DNA of 64,000 nucleotides from Methanomassiliicoccales archaeon UBA147 (GCA_002496385.1 DAJR01000023.1:3651-67650); one strand, 5' to 3'. Positions 6,966 through 16,397 are shown, counted from the stretch's first letter. Notes: generated by a model not told the origin, from the letters alone. A program made the numbers and translations.

Positions 6966-8846
6966 ATGAACCCGCTGAAGCACTGGATGTCAATGTATCC
7001 CGACAAGTTCGCGGAAGAAGACAGGATATTCAGCGGCATCCACAGGGGGGACCGCATATTCATAGGAACGGCCTGCGCCGAGCCCCAATACCTTGTCCAG
7101 GCCTTCATCAATTACATCGAGAGGAACCCGAACCAGATATTCGACGCCGAGATATTCAATGTCTGGACATTGGGAGTCGCCCCCTACAACGATGCCAAGT
7201 TCAAGAACAATTTCCGCCAGAATTCATTCTTTATATCGGCCAGTACCAGGGAAGCAGTGAACGAGGGGCTTGCAGATTACACCCCCACATTCCTCTCCGA
7301 AATCCCCGAGCTATTCAGAAAGCGGGCGATACCTCTCGACGTGGCCCTTGTCCAAACCACCCCGCCGGACCGGCACGGGTTCATGAGCTTCGGCGTAAGC
7401 GTGGACATAGTCAAGGCCGCGGTGGACGCCGCCACAGTTGTGATTGTCCAGGTAAACCCGGCCATGCCCCGTACCCACGGGGACGGGTACATCCACATTA
7501 GCCAGGTGGATTACGTCATCATCCGCGAAGAGCCCATCCTCACATACCTTGACGACGCGGACGACGACATAGCCCACAAGATAGGCAGCTATGTTTCCAA
7601 GCTAGTGGAGGACGGGGACACCATCCAGGTAGGCTACGGCGCCCTGCCCAATGAAATTTTGCGCAACCTCAAGGACAAGAAGCACCTGGGGATTCACACC
7701 GAGCTGATAAGCGACGGCCTGGTCGAGCTGATACAGGCCGGCGCGGTCGACAATTCCATGAAGACCATCAACAAGGGCAAGTCGGTCGCCACTTTCTGCA
7801 TGGGGACCAAGTCGGTGTATGACTTTGTCCACGATAATCCCTCAGTCCAGTTCAGGACCATAGATTACACCAATGACCCGCTGATTATTGCCCAGCACGA
7901 CAACATGGTCGCCATCAACAGCGCCCTGGAGATAGACCTCACTGGCCAGGCGACGGCCGAGTCCCTCGGAAAGAAATTCTACAGCAGCGTGGGGGGCCAG
8001 GCAGATTTCATGAGGGGCGCGATGCTGGCAAGAAACGGAAAGACCATTCTGACCATACAATCGACCGCCGACAACGGCAACATTTCAAGGGTCGTGCCAT
8101 ACCTCAAGGAAGGGGCCAGCGTCACACTCCACCGCGGCGATGTCCACTACGTCATCACGGAATACGGGATTGCATACCTGCACGGCAAGAACATCCGCGA
8201 GAGGGCGATGGAACTCATCTCGGTCGCGCACCCGAAGTTCCGCCCGGAGCTGATAAAACAGGCGAAGGCGCTCAACCTAATCTACAGCGACCAGGCATTC
8301 ATTCCCGGGAAGAAGGGCGAGTACCCCGAAGCGCTGGAAACCTACAGGACCACCGACCAAGGCCTGGAGATTCTTCTCAGGCCGGTGAAGATGAGCGACG
8401 AACCGCTCGTGAAGGAGTTCTTCTACGACCTGTCTGACAAGAGCATGTACAGGCGTTTTCTCTCTGTGAGGAAGGATATGCCCCACGAACGCCTTCAGGA
8501 ATTCGTGATAATCAACTACATGAAAGAGATGGTGATCGTCGCAACCGTCGGGAGCGAGGGCAAGGAGAAGATAGTCGGCATAAGTCAGTACGGCATCAAC
8601 GAGGGCACGCACACCGCGGAGGCCGCGTTCGTTGTTAGGGACGACTACCACGGAAAGGGCGTGGGCCATGAACTGCTCAAGTACCTCACCTATCTGGCAA
8701 AGAAGAACGGCCTGCTCGGGTTCACCGCCGAGGTGCTCGTCGAGAACACACCGATGCTCAGGCTGTTCGAGAAGATGGGCTTCAACATCGAGAAGCGCTC
8801 CAGCTCCGGCGTTTACGAGATGAAGATGCTGTTCAGGGAGGCCTGA
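6966..8846 (+). CDS. Acetyl-CoA hydrolase/transferase-family CoA-transferase domain fused to a C-terminal GNAT acetyltransferase domain
   Basis: The N-terminal ~430 aa resemble the 4-hydroxybutyrate/succinyl-CoA:acetate CoA-transferase family. The C-terminal ~160 aa carry GNAT features (RRFLSVRKD.., VVRDDYHGKGVGHELLKYL, FEKMGF). Confidence 0.7.
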   Translation: MNPLKHWMSMYPDKFAEEDRIFSGIHRGDRIFIGTACAEPQYLVQAFINYIERNPNQIFDAEIFNVWTLGVAPYNDAKFKNNFRQNSFFISASTREAVNEGLADYTPTFLSEIPELFRKRAIPLDVALVQTTPPDRHGFMSFGVSVDIVKAAVDAATVVIVQVNPAMPRTHGDGYIHISQVDYVIIREEPILTYLDDADDDIAHKIGSYVSKLVEDGDTIQVGYGALPNEILRNLKDKKHLGIHTELISDGLVELIQAGAVDNSMKTINKGKSVATFCMGTKSVYDFVHDNPSVQFRTIDYTNDPLIIAQHDNMVAINSALEIDLTGQATAESLGKKFYSSVGGQADFMRGAMLARNGKTILTIQSTADNGNISRVVPYLKEGASVTLHRGDVHYVITEYGIAYLHGKNIRERAMELISVAHPKFRPELIKQAKALNLIYSDQAFIPGKKGEYPEALETYRTTDQGLEILLRPVKMSDEPLVKEFFYDLSDKSMYRRFLSVRKDMPHERLQEFVIINYMKEMVIVATVGSEGKEKIVGISQYGINEGTHTAEAAFVVRDDYHGKGVGHELLKYLTYLAKKNGLLGFTAEVLVENTPMLRLFEKMGFNIEKRSSSGVYEMKMLFREA

Positions 8847-8848
8847 AC

Positions 8849-10978
8849 ATGGACCTCCCCGACATCAAATACCTCTTCGAGCCGAGGTCTGTCGCGGTCA
8901 TAGGCGCTTCCGGGGAGAAGAACAAGGTCGGCTGCAAGCTCATGGAGAACATGATGTCCATGGACTTCAAGGGGAAGATATATCCAGTCAACATCAAGGG
9001 CGGCGACATCATGGGGCTGAAGGTCTGCACGGACCTGGGGGAGATAGAAGGCCCGGTTGACATGGCCGTGATAGCCATACCCGCGAAATTCGTCTTCGGC
9101 GCAGTCGAGTCCTGCGCAAAGAAAGGCGTGAAGTTCCTTGTCATAATCACCTCGGGCTTCTCCGAGGTCGGGAACAATGCCGAAGAGAGGAGGATCGTCG
9201 AATACGCGCACCAACATGGGATGCGGGTCCTGGGTCCCAACATATTCGGGATATACTCGGGGAAGGTCGGCCTCAACGCCACTTTCGGTCCCAGGGACGT
9301 GAACCGGGGCAATGTTGCAATAGTGACCCAGAGCGGCGCCCTGGGCATCGCGATGATAGGCAAGACCGCCACGGAGAACATTGGCCTGAGCACGATAGTC
9401 TCGGTCGGCAACAAAGCGGACATTGAAGAGGCCGAACTGCTGGAATACCTGATTGACGACGACCAGACCAAGATCATCATGCTCTACATCGAGGGAGTTC
9501 ACAGGGGCGAGAGTATGGTCGCCCTCCTAAAGAAGGCCACCAAGAGGAAGCCAGTGATAGTCATCAAGTCCGGAAGGTCAAAGAGGGGTGCGCTGGCGGC
9601 GGCCTCGCACACCGGCGCGCTTGCCGGGGCGGACGAGATATTCGACTCCATAATGAAGCAGTGCGGCGTGCTACGGGCCGAGAGCCTCCAGGAGGCCTTC
9701 AACTGGTGCAAGTTCCTTGCCAACACACCTGTTCCGAAGGGCAGGAGCACCGTGATAATCACGAACGGCGGCGGCGTGGGGGTGATGGCGACCGATGCCT
9801 GCGAGAAGCACAAGGTCGACCTGTTCGACGACGCCGTCGCCACCAAGGAGATATTCGGCTCAGTCACCCCGGACTTCGGATCCACGAAGAACCCCATCGA
9901 TATCACTGGCCAGGCATTGGCCCATCATTACGACGGCGGCCTGGGCGCCGCCCTCAGGGACGAACGGATAAATGCGGTTATCGCACTGTACTGCCAGACC
10001 GCTGATTTCGACAGGACAACTTACGTCAATATGATAATGAAGAATGTCAAGGAGTACAGGGAAGGCGGCAAGCCCATAGTATTCTCGCTGGTCGGCGGCG
10101 AGGAGGTCGAGAACTGCATCAGGGAGCTCAGGCGCTCTGGCGCTCCTGTATTCGGTGATGTTTATGAAGCGGTCCAATGCTTCGGAGCACTGTTCAGGCA
10201 CCATGACCATCTCTCTCGCTCGGCCGAAGAGCCAGAGGAGCCTGACATGGATGTCGGATGCATGCATGACATAATATCCGGCGTCAGGGCGGATGGGCGC
10301 ACCTTCCTGCTCTCCCATGAGGCCCAGGCACTGATGAACGCAGCGGGAATCCCAGTCCCTCAGAGCAAGATAGCCGCCAACATCAGGGAGGCAATAGAGT
10401 TCGCAGAGAAAATCGGGTACCCTGTGGTCATGAAGATCGCTTCGAAGGACATCATACACAAGAGCGATGCGGGCGGCGTGGCGCTCGACCTTCTGAACAA
10501 GGAGGAGGTCATGGACGCCTACCAGGCCATCATCCGCAATGCGAGGAAATACAAGCCGGACGCAGTGATAAAGGGCGTCGAGATAGTCAGGATGATAGAG
10601 AAGGGCACAGAGACCATCATAGGTGCGAGGAGGGACAGGGCATTCGGCCCTGTCATCATGTTCGGGCTGGGCGGGATATACGTGGAGGTGCTGAAGGACG
10701 TGGCATTCCGCGCCCTACCGCTGGACCGCAGGGAGATAATAAGCATGCTCAAGGACATCCGCTCCTACTCCCTGCTGCTCGGGGTCCGCGGGGAAACCCA
10801 GCGCGACATCGGGAGCATCGTCGACACAATAATTAAATTGGGGAAGGTCATACGAAAATGCGGGGATATTTCGGACATCGAGATAAACCCGCTCGCGGTC
10901 TACGAGCAGGGGCAGGGCGCCATGGCGGTAGACGTCAGGATATTACTGGGTGACAGCAACAGGGGTGAAAAGAAATGA
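8849..10978 (+). CDS. acd: Acetyl-CoA synthetase (ADP-forming), fused alpha/beta (NDP-forming acyl-CoA synthetase)
   Basis: CoA-binding N-terminus (PRSVAVIGAS), ligase-CoA and succinyl-CoA-synthetase-like flavodoxin domains, C-terminal ATP-grasp (GYPVVMKIAS..HKSDAGGV). Start is 3 nt after the previous stop. Confidence 0.85.
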   Translation: MDLPDIKYLFEPRSVAVIGASGEKNKVGCKLMENMMSMDFKGKIYPVNIKGGDIMGLKVCTDLGEIEGPVDMAVIAIPAKFVFGAVESCAKKGVKFLVIITSGFSEVGNNAEERRIVEYAHQHGMRVLGPNIFGIYSGKVGLNATFGPRDVNRGNVAIVTQSGALGIAMIGKTATENIGLSTIVSVGNKADIEEAELLEYLIDDDQTKIIMLYIEGVHRGESMVALLKKATKRKPVIVIKSGRSKRGALAAASHTGALAGADEIFDSIMKQCGVLRAESLQEAFNWCKFLANTPVPKGRSTVIITNGGGVGVMATDACEKHKVDLFDDAVATKEIFGSVTPDFGSTKNPIDITGQALAHHYDGGLGAALRDERINAVIALYCQTADFDRTTYVNMIMKNVKEYREGGKPIVFSLVGGEEVENCIRELRRSGAPVFGDVYEAVQCFGALFRHHDHLSRSAEEPEEPDMDVGCMHDIISGVRADGRTFLLSHEAQALMNAAGIPVPQSKIAANIREAIEFAEKIGYPVVMKIASKDIIHKSDAGGVALDLLNKEEVMDAYQAIIRNARKYKPDAVIKGVEIVRMIEKGTETIIGARRDRAFGPVIMFGLGGIYVEVLKDVAFRALPLDRREIISMLKDIRSYSLLLGVRGETQRDIGSIVDTIIKLGKVIRKCGDISDIEINPLAVYEQGQGAMAVDVRILLGDSNRGEKK

Positions 10979-12009
10979 AACCAAGAATCGTGTTCGCATC
11001 AATGAGCGAGAGCGCGGGAAAGACCAGCATGATAGTCGGGCTCGGCAGGGCGCTGGGAAAGAGGATCGGATACATGAAGCCGATGGGCGACCGCCTCCTC
11101 TACCAGAAGAAGCGGCTCTGGGACTATGATTCCGCGCTGGTCACCAACATTTTCGGACTGAAGGGCAAGCCCGAGGATATCACAATGGGCTTCGAGCATT
11201 CCAAGCTCGGCTATATGTACGACGATGATGCCAGGAAGAAAAAGCTACTCGAAATCGCATCGGCGATCGAAAAGGACTGCGACATCCTGTTCGTGGAATC
11301 CGGGCGGAACCTCCGTTACGGTAGTTCGGTCAACCTGGATGCCATCTCAGTCGCCAAGGACCTGGATGCGAAGCTGGTGATAGTCCTGGCCGGCACCGAT
11401 GATACGATGATGGACGACATCGCCTTCATAAAGCGAACAGTCAACCATCAGGGCGTCAAGCTGATGGGCGTGATCATAAACAAAGTTGCGGATGCCGATG
11501 ACTTCACGGCGACGCATGTGGATGCCATCAAGGCAACCGGGATAGACGTGCTCGGCATGATCCCCCACCAGGAAACACTCACCCAGTTCTCGATGAACTA
11601 CCTGGCTGACATGCTGTTCGCAAAGGTGCTTGCCGGCGACGACGAGCTTCTCAAACCCGTGAAGAACATATTTGTGGGTGCAATGTCTGCGTCAGCCGCC
11701 CAGAGGGAGCCGGCCTTCAAGAAGGAAGGGAAACTGATAATCACCAGCGGCGACAGGAGCGATATCATTCTTGCGGCGTTGGAATCCGACACGGCCGGTA
11801 TAGTCCTCACAAACAACATCCTCCCGTCATCCAACATAATTTCCAAGGCGGCATCGGTCAAGATCCCTCTCTTGCTGGTCCACACGGACACCTTCCTCGT
11901 GGCCAAGCAGGTGGACGACGCCGTCCCGCTTTTGACAAAGGACAGCACGGCCAAGATAGAATTGCTCGAGCAAACCGCGCAGAAGCTGGCCCTTGACAAG
12001 TTCAGATAA
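10975..12009 (+). CDS. Phosphotransacetylase N-terminal-like protein (BioD/P-loop-like + DRTGG domain), no Pta catalytic domain
   Basis: ATGA overlap with acd. P-loop-like ESAGKTSM, then a DRTGG-type region (LIITSGDRSDI.., GIVLTNN). Confidence 0.65.
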   Translation: MKPRIVFASMSESAGKTSMIVGLGRALGKRIGYMKPMGDRLLYQKKRLWDYDSALVTNIFGLKGKPEDITMGFEHSKLGYMYDDDARKKKLLEIASAIEKDCDILFVESGRNLRYGSSVNLDAISVAKDLDAKLVIVLAGTDDTMMDDIAFIKRTVNHQGVKLMGVIINKVADADDFTATHVDAIKATGIDVLGMIPHQETLTQFSMNYLADMLFAKVLAGDDELLKPVKNIFVGAMSASAAQREPAFKKEGKLIITSGDRSDIILAALESDTAGIVLTNNILPSSNIISKAASVKIPLLLVHTDTFLVAKQVDDAVPLLTKDSTAKIELLEQTAQKLALDKFR

Positions 12010-12014
12010 ACGGT

Positions 12015-12554
12015 CTATCTGCCCGGCGGAATGAAATCGTGCAAATCCGCAATCTGCGGATTGCGCTTGCCCTCCGTGACAAGGCACATGTTGACATCTA
12101 TCATCACAGGCTTGTCAAGGAGATGGTCGTCATATATCATCCTTAGGGTGTCGTAATAGCGCCTGGCAGTCGCGTGGTCTGGCGCGGAGAACCTGAGCAC
12201 CCAATCGAACTCCCCGTTGACATAGAAGAAATTGGTCAGCCGCACATTCTGCTTCTTCGGCCCTTCCCCGACCAGCCGCATCAGCAGCGTGTTAACCAGT
12301 CCCTCGTTCATGGGCTTGGTCTTCATCAGCACTATGTAGCATACATGGCCCAGCCGCTTCTCGTCCAGGACCGCAGTGTAGCCCCAGATGACCCCGTCGT
12401 CCTCCAGTTGCTTCTTCTTGCGCCATACTTTCTGGCGGTATGTCCCGAGGTCCCTGGCTATCTCCATATCGCTCCTTGTCGGGTCCTCCAGCAGGGCGGC
12501 CACTATCCTGTTGTCCAGACTCTCTTTTTTACCGACCGTCTCATTTTCAGTCAT
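12015..12554 (-). CDS. Lrp/AsnC-family transcriptional regulator
   Basis: N-terminal HTH (LDNRIVAALLEDPTRSDMEIARDLG) plus RAM/ACT-like C-terminal domain. Convergent with the citrate/acetate operon. Confidence 0.8.
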   Translation of the reverse strand: MTENETVGKKESLDNRIVAALLEDPTRSDMEIARDLGTYRQKVWRKKKQLEDDGVIWGYTAVLDEKRLGHVCYIVLMKTKPMNEGLVNTLLMRLVGEGPKKQNVRLTNFFYVNGEFDWVLRFSAPDHATARRYYDTLRMIYDDHLLDKPVMIDVNMCLVTEGKRNPQIADLHDFIPPGR

Positions 12555-12633
12555 TCCTTCACCTTTTGTTACATTTCTGTATTACAACATTCTTTATCTG
12601 TCACTCTCATATATAATTAATGGAGGTGAATGA

Positions 12634-12768
12634 AGTGCAGAAGAAGACGGAAATGGACTACGAGAAGATCACAATCTATCCCTTCGATTACGACGCCGAG
12701 AAGCGCGAGCAGCTTCACACCCAGCTCAAGAAACTCGGCATCAAGTTCAGCTACGAGAACTGGAACTG
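12634..12768 (+). CDS. Candidate small ORF (GTG or ATG start) with possible frameshift at a CCCC run
   Basis: GGAGGTG 3-9 nt upstream. Frame 0 reads (V)QKKTEMDYEKITIYPFDYDAEKREQLHT. After CCCC at ~12718-12721 the +1 frame reads QLKKLGIKFSYENWN*, far more protein-like than the in-frame continuation. Confidence 0.25.
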
Positions 12769-12887
12769 AATGAATTTCATGCGGGCAGCGTGGGCTAATT
12801 AGAATATTTATTGCAGAACAGTGCCTCTTTCTCCTATAAAATGTATTTATAAGCATCAGTTCATTGCACATTAATTATTGCTCAAAT

Positions 12888-12906
12888 AGGCAATATATTT
12901 AAATAC
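12888..12906 (+). promoter_or_regulatory. TATA-like box (aggcaatatatttaaatac) upstream of the DUF134 gene
   Basis: AT-rich box ~25-35 nt before the ATG at 12919/12928 within a 360-bp AT-rich intergenic region. Confidence 0.3.
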
Positions 12907-12927
12907 TTCTTCTCATATGTGCATATT

Positions 12928-13257
12928 ATGCCCGGAAGACGCGGAAGACACAGATGCCCCAGGTGGGTCACGGATGTGCCGGAAGTGCAATTTTTCAAAC
13001 CCGCTGGCGTGCCCCTGAGAACGCTGCAGGTGGTCGAATTGACCATCGAAGAACTTGAGACAATCCGCCTTGTGGACCTTGACGGTCTCACACAGGAGCA
13101 AGCGGCGGTTTCAATGGGGGTTTCCAGACGGACACTCTGGAACGACCTGATGGCCGCCCGAAAGAAGGTGGCCTTCGCCCTGGTCAATGGCCAGGCGATA
13201 CAGATCCGGGGAGGCGCCTACGCAGTCGCCGGGCAAACAGAAGAAAGGAGGAAATGA
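12928..13257 (+). CDS. DUF134-family predicted DNA-binding protein (sigma-70 region-4-like HTH)
   Basis: [29 protein letters not shown]...[29 protein letters not shown] matches the DUF134 N-terminal pattern MPRP.KCRRV...FKP.G.P with HTH. The ORF could also start at 12919. Confidence 0.7.
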   Translation: MPGRRGRHRCPRWVTDVPEVQFFKPAGVPLRTLQVVELTIEELETIRLVDLDGLTQEQAAVSMGVSRRTLWNDLMAARKKVAFALVNGQAIQIRGGAYAVAGQTEERRK

Positions 13258-13631
13258 ACATGCCATACGGAGACAGAACAGGACCCTGGGGACAGGGACC
13301 GATGACCGGCCGAAGGGCCGGATACTGCGCAGGAAACGATCGTCCAGGATATGCGAGCCCAATCGTGGGCCGCGGTTTTGGAATGGGTTACGGCCGTGGA
13401 ATGGGTCGCGGGAGAGGCTTTGGCCGGGGGTTCGGCAGGGGCTACGGCCGCGGTTTCGGCTACGGTCCGGCTTCGGAGCCGCCCGACTATTACCCGGCCA
13501 GGACCATACCGGTCCACAGGGAACCTTCGCCCGAGGAGGAGAAGATATTCCTTGAGAACCTGGTAAAGGACCTGGAAGCGGAACTGGAGGACGTGAAGGC
13601 GCGAATGAATGAACTGGCGAAGAAGGAGTAG
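13254..13631 (+). CDS. Gly/Arg-rich (GRG repeat) small protein with coiled-coil tail, DUF5320-like
   Basis: [25 protein letters not shown] then [34 protein letters not shown]-terminal [28 protein letters not shown]. Family resemblance is from memory. Confidence 0.6.
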   Translation: MNMPYGDRTGPWGQGPMTGRRAGYCAGNDRPGYASPIVGRGFGMGYGRGMGRGRGFGRGFGRGYGRGFGYGPASEPPDYYPARTIPVHREPSPEEEKIFLENLVKDLEAELEDVKARMNELAKKE

Positions 13632-13658
13632 TCAGTTCTCTTTATTTTTTGTGATTGA

Positions 13659-14465
13659 ATGAACGGAAACATCGCCGGCGGAAACACGATCGAGAAAAAC
13701 CTCGAAAGCATAGGTGACATACTGGTCGTGATGAGCGGCAAGGGCGGTGTTGGAAAGACAACGGTGGCTGTCAACCTCGCATGTGCATTGGGCGCACGCG
13801 GGAAATCCGTCGGGATACTTGATGCTGATTTCCACGGGCCCAATGTCCCGATGATGCTGGGAATGGAAGGCGGCACTCTCATGGCCGATGGCGAGTCCAT
13901 CGTTCCGATGATGGCGTTCAACGGTATGCCAGTCATGTCCACGGCATTTCTGATAAGCAATCCGGACATCCCCGTGATATGGCGCGGCCCGATGAAGATG
14001 CAGGTAATCAATCAGTTCCTGGGCCAGGTGCGATGGGGCAAATTGGATTACCTTGTCATAGACCTTCCGCCCGGGACAGGTGACGAATCGTTGAGCATAG
14101 CCCAGCAGATTCCCAGGGCGAAAGCCATCATTGTCACGACGCCGCAGGATGTGGCGCTGCTGGATTCCAGGAAAGCCGTGACCTTTGCCAGGCAACTCAA
14201 GATGCCCGTTCTCGGGATGATAGAGAACATGAGCGGTATGGAATGCCCGCACTGCGGCAAGGACATTGACCTGTTCAAGACGGGCGGCGGCGAGAGAGCC
14301 GCTGCCGAGATGGGCGTTCCATTTCTCGGCAGGCTTCCGTTGGACCCCCGGACTGTTGTGTCCGGGGATTCCGGGAAGCCTATCATGGCCGGGGACCTCG
14401 GGAGCAGCGTCGCGAAGGCGTTCAGTGAAATAGTGGAAAGAATCGAGGACAAAGGAGGAAATTGA
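13659..14465 (+). CDS. mrp: Mrp/NBP35/ApbC-family Fe-S cluster carrier P-loop ATPase
   Basis: GKGGVGKTT Walker A, DLPPGTGD, CxxC (CPHCG) cluster-ligating motif. Confidence 0.85.
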   Translation: MNGNIAGGNTIEKNLESIGDILVVMSGKGGVGKTTVAVNLACALGARGKSVGILDADFHGPNVPMMLGMEGGTLMADGESIVPMMAFNGMPVMSTAFLISNPDIPVIWRGPMKMQVINQFLGQVRWGKLDYLVIDLPPGTGDESLSIAQQIPRAKAIIVTTPQDVALLDSRKAVTFARQLKMPVLGMIENMSGMECPHCGKDIDLFKTGGGERAAAEMGVPFLGRLPLDPRTVVSGDSGKPIMAGDLGSSVAKAFSEIVERIEDKGGN

Positions 14466-14466
14466 C

Positions 14467-14655
14467 ATGAACGGAAATGGACAGGGCAGGGGAAACCGGG
14501 CCGGAGGCCAAGGCCGCGGGATGGGCACCGGCCAGGGACTGGGCGGAACATGCGTCTGCCCGAAATGCGGATATAGCGAACAGCACCAGAGGGGCGTGCC
14601 GTGCTTCGAGGTTAGATGCCCGAAGTGCAATATGCAGTTGATAAGAGGCAAATGA
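14467..14655 (+). CDS. Small Gly/Arg-rich protein with C4 zinc ribbon
   Basis: GQGRGNRAGGQGRGMGTGQG N-terminus; CVCPKCG ... CPKCN. Starts 2 nt after the mrp stop. Confidence 0.5.
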   Translation: MNGNGQGRGNRAGGQGRGMGTGQGLGGTCVCPKCGYSEQHQRGVPCFEVRCPKCNMQLIRGK

Positions 14656-14675
14656 GAAATTTGGAGGTATGAAAA

Positions 14676-16025
14676 ATGAAACAGGCAGACATCGTAATTG
14701 TGGGCGGAAGCGCGGCCGGGGTCCCGGCGGCAATTACCGCGAGAAGGCATTATCCAGACAAGAGCATCTTGCTGGTGAGAAAGGAACAACAGGTATTGAT
14801 ACCGTGCGGAATACCGTACATATTCGGAACAGTCGGAAAGCCCGAGAACAATCTCATCCCAGACAAGTCCCTGATTGACAACAAAGTCGAAATATTCGTG
14901 GACGAGGTCACTGGCATAGACAAAGCCGGGAAGACGCTGTCGACCGCAGGCGGCGAGACAATAGGGTATGACAAACTCGTCCTCGCAACCGGCTCCGAGC
15001 CTCTGGTTCCGCCGATTCCGGGCATGAACAAGGAAAATGTCTTCCCGATAAAGAAGGACATCGAATACCTTAGAAATTTCCAGAGCACGCTTGAGGGCGT
15101 GAAGGACTTGGTCGTCCTGGGCTGCGGTTTCATAGGCGTGGAATTCGCAGACGAATGCAAGAAGAACAGGGACATCAATGTCACGATAATCGAGATGCTG
15201 AACCAATGCCTTCAGATTGCATTCGGGGAGAGCGCCTGCAAATGCTGCAAGGAGATTGAGGACGCCCTGAAGAACCGTGGTATAAACATTGTCACCGAGG
15301 CGAAGCTGGAAGAGGTGCTCGGGGACGACAAGGTCACAGGTGTCAAACTGTCCGACGGCAGGGTGATCAAGGCAGACGCTCTCATTGTCGGCATCGGGGT
15401 GAAACCGAACATCGCGCTCGCCAAGGCCGCAGGCCTGGAGACCGACCCCGGGTTCGGCATAAAAGTCGACACGAACCAGAGAACGACCGACCCCAACATA
15501 TTCGCCGTGGGAGACTGCGCCAGTAAGTTCTCCTTCTTCTCCGGGAAACCGTCCAAGTTATGGCTCGCCTCCATAGCCACGCATGAGGCCAGGATAGCCG
15601 GTGCCAATCTGTTCAAGACCAGGCGCATCAACCAGGGCGTGATAGGCGTGTTCTCGACCGCGATAGACGGGTTAACCGTCGGCATGGCCGGAATGAGTTC
15701 GAAAGGCGCGGAGGAATTCGGATTCGAGGTTGTCACCGGAGAAGCGGAAGCTCCCAACAGGCATCCCGGGGGAATGCCGGGCATGGCAAAAATGTGGGTA
15801 CGCCTTAACTTCAACAGATCGAACGGCGAGATAATCGGCGGAGCGGTCTGCGGCGGCTCAAGCGCCGGCGAGGTCATAAACATAATCAGCGCCTGCATTC
15901 AGAAGAAGATGACGGCCGACGACATAGCAACATTCCAGATTGGGACGCATCCTGCGGTCACAGCATCGCCCATCGCCTACCAGTTGGTGAACGCGGCCGA
16001 GATGGCTTTGAAAAACATGAGGTAA
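14676..16025 (+). CDS. FAD-dependent pyridine nucleotide-disulfide oxidoreductase (NADH oxidase / CoA-disulfide reductase family)
   Basis: GGSAAG FAD motif; redox-active Cys motif PCGIPY; second Rossmann GCGFIGVE; C-terminal dimerisation domain. Confidence 0.8.
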   Translation: MKQADIVIVGGSAAGVPAAITARRHYPDKSILLVRKEQQVLIPCGIPYIFGTVGKPENNLIPDKSLIDNKVEIFVDEVTGIDKAGKTLSTAGGETIGYDKLVLATGSEPLVPPIPGMNKENVFPIKKDIEYLRNFQSTLEGVKDLVVLGCGFIGVEFADECKKNRDINVTIIEMLNQCLQIAFGESACKCCKEIEDALKNRGINIVTEAKLEEVLGDDKVTGVKLSDGRVIKADALIVGIGVKPNIALAKAAGLETDPGFGIKVDTNQRTTDPNIFAVGDCASKFSFFSGKPSKLWLASIATHEARIAGANLFKTRRINQGVIGVFSTAIDGLTVGMAGMSSKGAEEFGFEVVTGEAEAPNRHPGGMPGMAKMWVRLNFNRSNGEIIGGAVCGGSSAGEVINIISACIQKKMTADDIATFQIGTHPAVTASPIAYQLVNAAEMALKNMR

Positions 16026-16396
16026 TGCGCATGAAAATCGCAATAACATCGACAGGAAAGGAATCAGATGCCCAGATGGACCCAAGATTCGGCAGATGCC
16101 AGTACTTCATCATACTGGACCCGGACACGATGAAGTTCACGGCACATGACAATGCCGGCACGATGCAGAGGGGCGGTGCCGGGCCCATGGCAGCCAAGGC
16201 GATATCCGACCTTGGCGCTGAAATACTCATAACTGGCGATGTGGGGCCCAATGCCTTTGACGCACTCAAAGCCGCCGGGATAAAGGCCTACATTGGCGCA
16301 AGCGGCACGGTCAGCCAGGCAGTTCAGCAGTGGAAGGACGGAAAGCTCAGCGAGGCCGGGACTGCGAGCGTCGCATCCCACGCAGGAATGAGGTGA
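16025..16396 (+). CDS. NifX/NifB-like dinitrogenase FeMo-cofactor-binding-domain protein (Nitro_FeMo-Co family)
   Basis: MKIAITS..DPRFGRCQYFIILD...LITGDVGPNAFDALKAAGIKAY matches the NifX/NafY small-domain pattern. Confidence 0.7.
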   Translation: MRMKIAITSTGKESDAQMDPRFGRCQYFIILDPDTMKFTAHDNAGTMQRGGAGPMAAKAISDLGAEILITGDVGPNAFDALKAAGIKAYIGASGTVSQAVQQWKDGKLSEAGTASVASHAGMR

Positions 16397-16397
16397 T

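Noticed and set aside
13632-15206. 524-aa minus-strand ORF
   Set aside because: Spans antisense of mrp, the zinc-ribbon gene and the oxidoreductase, which carry clear functional motifs; shadow ORF.
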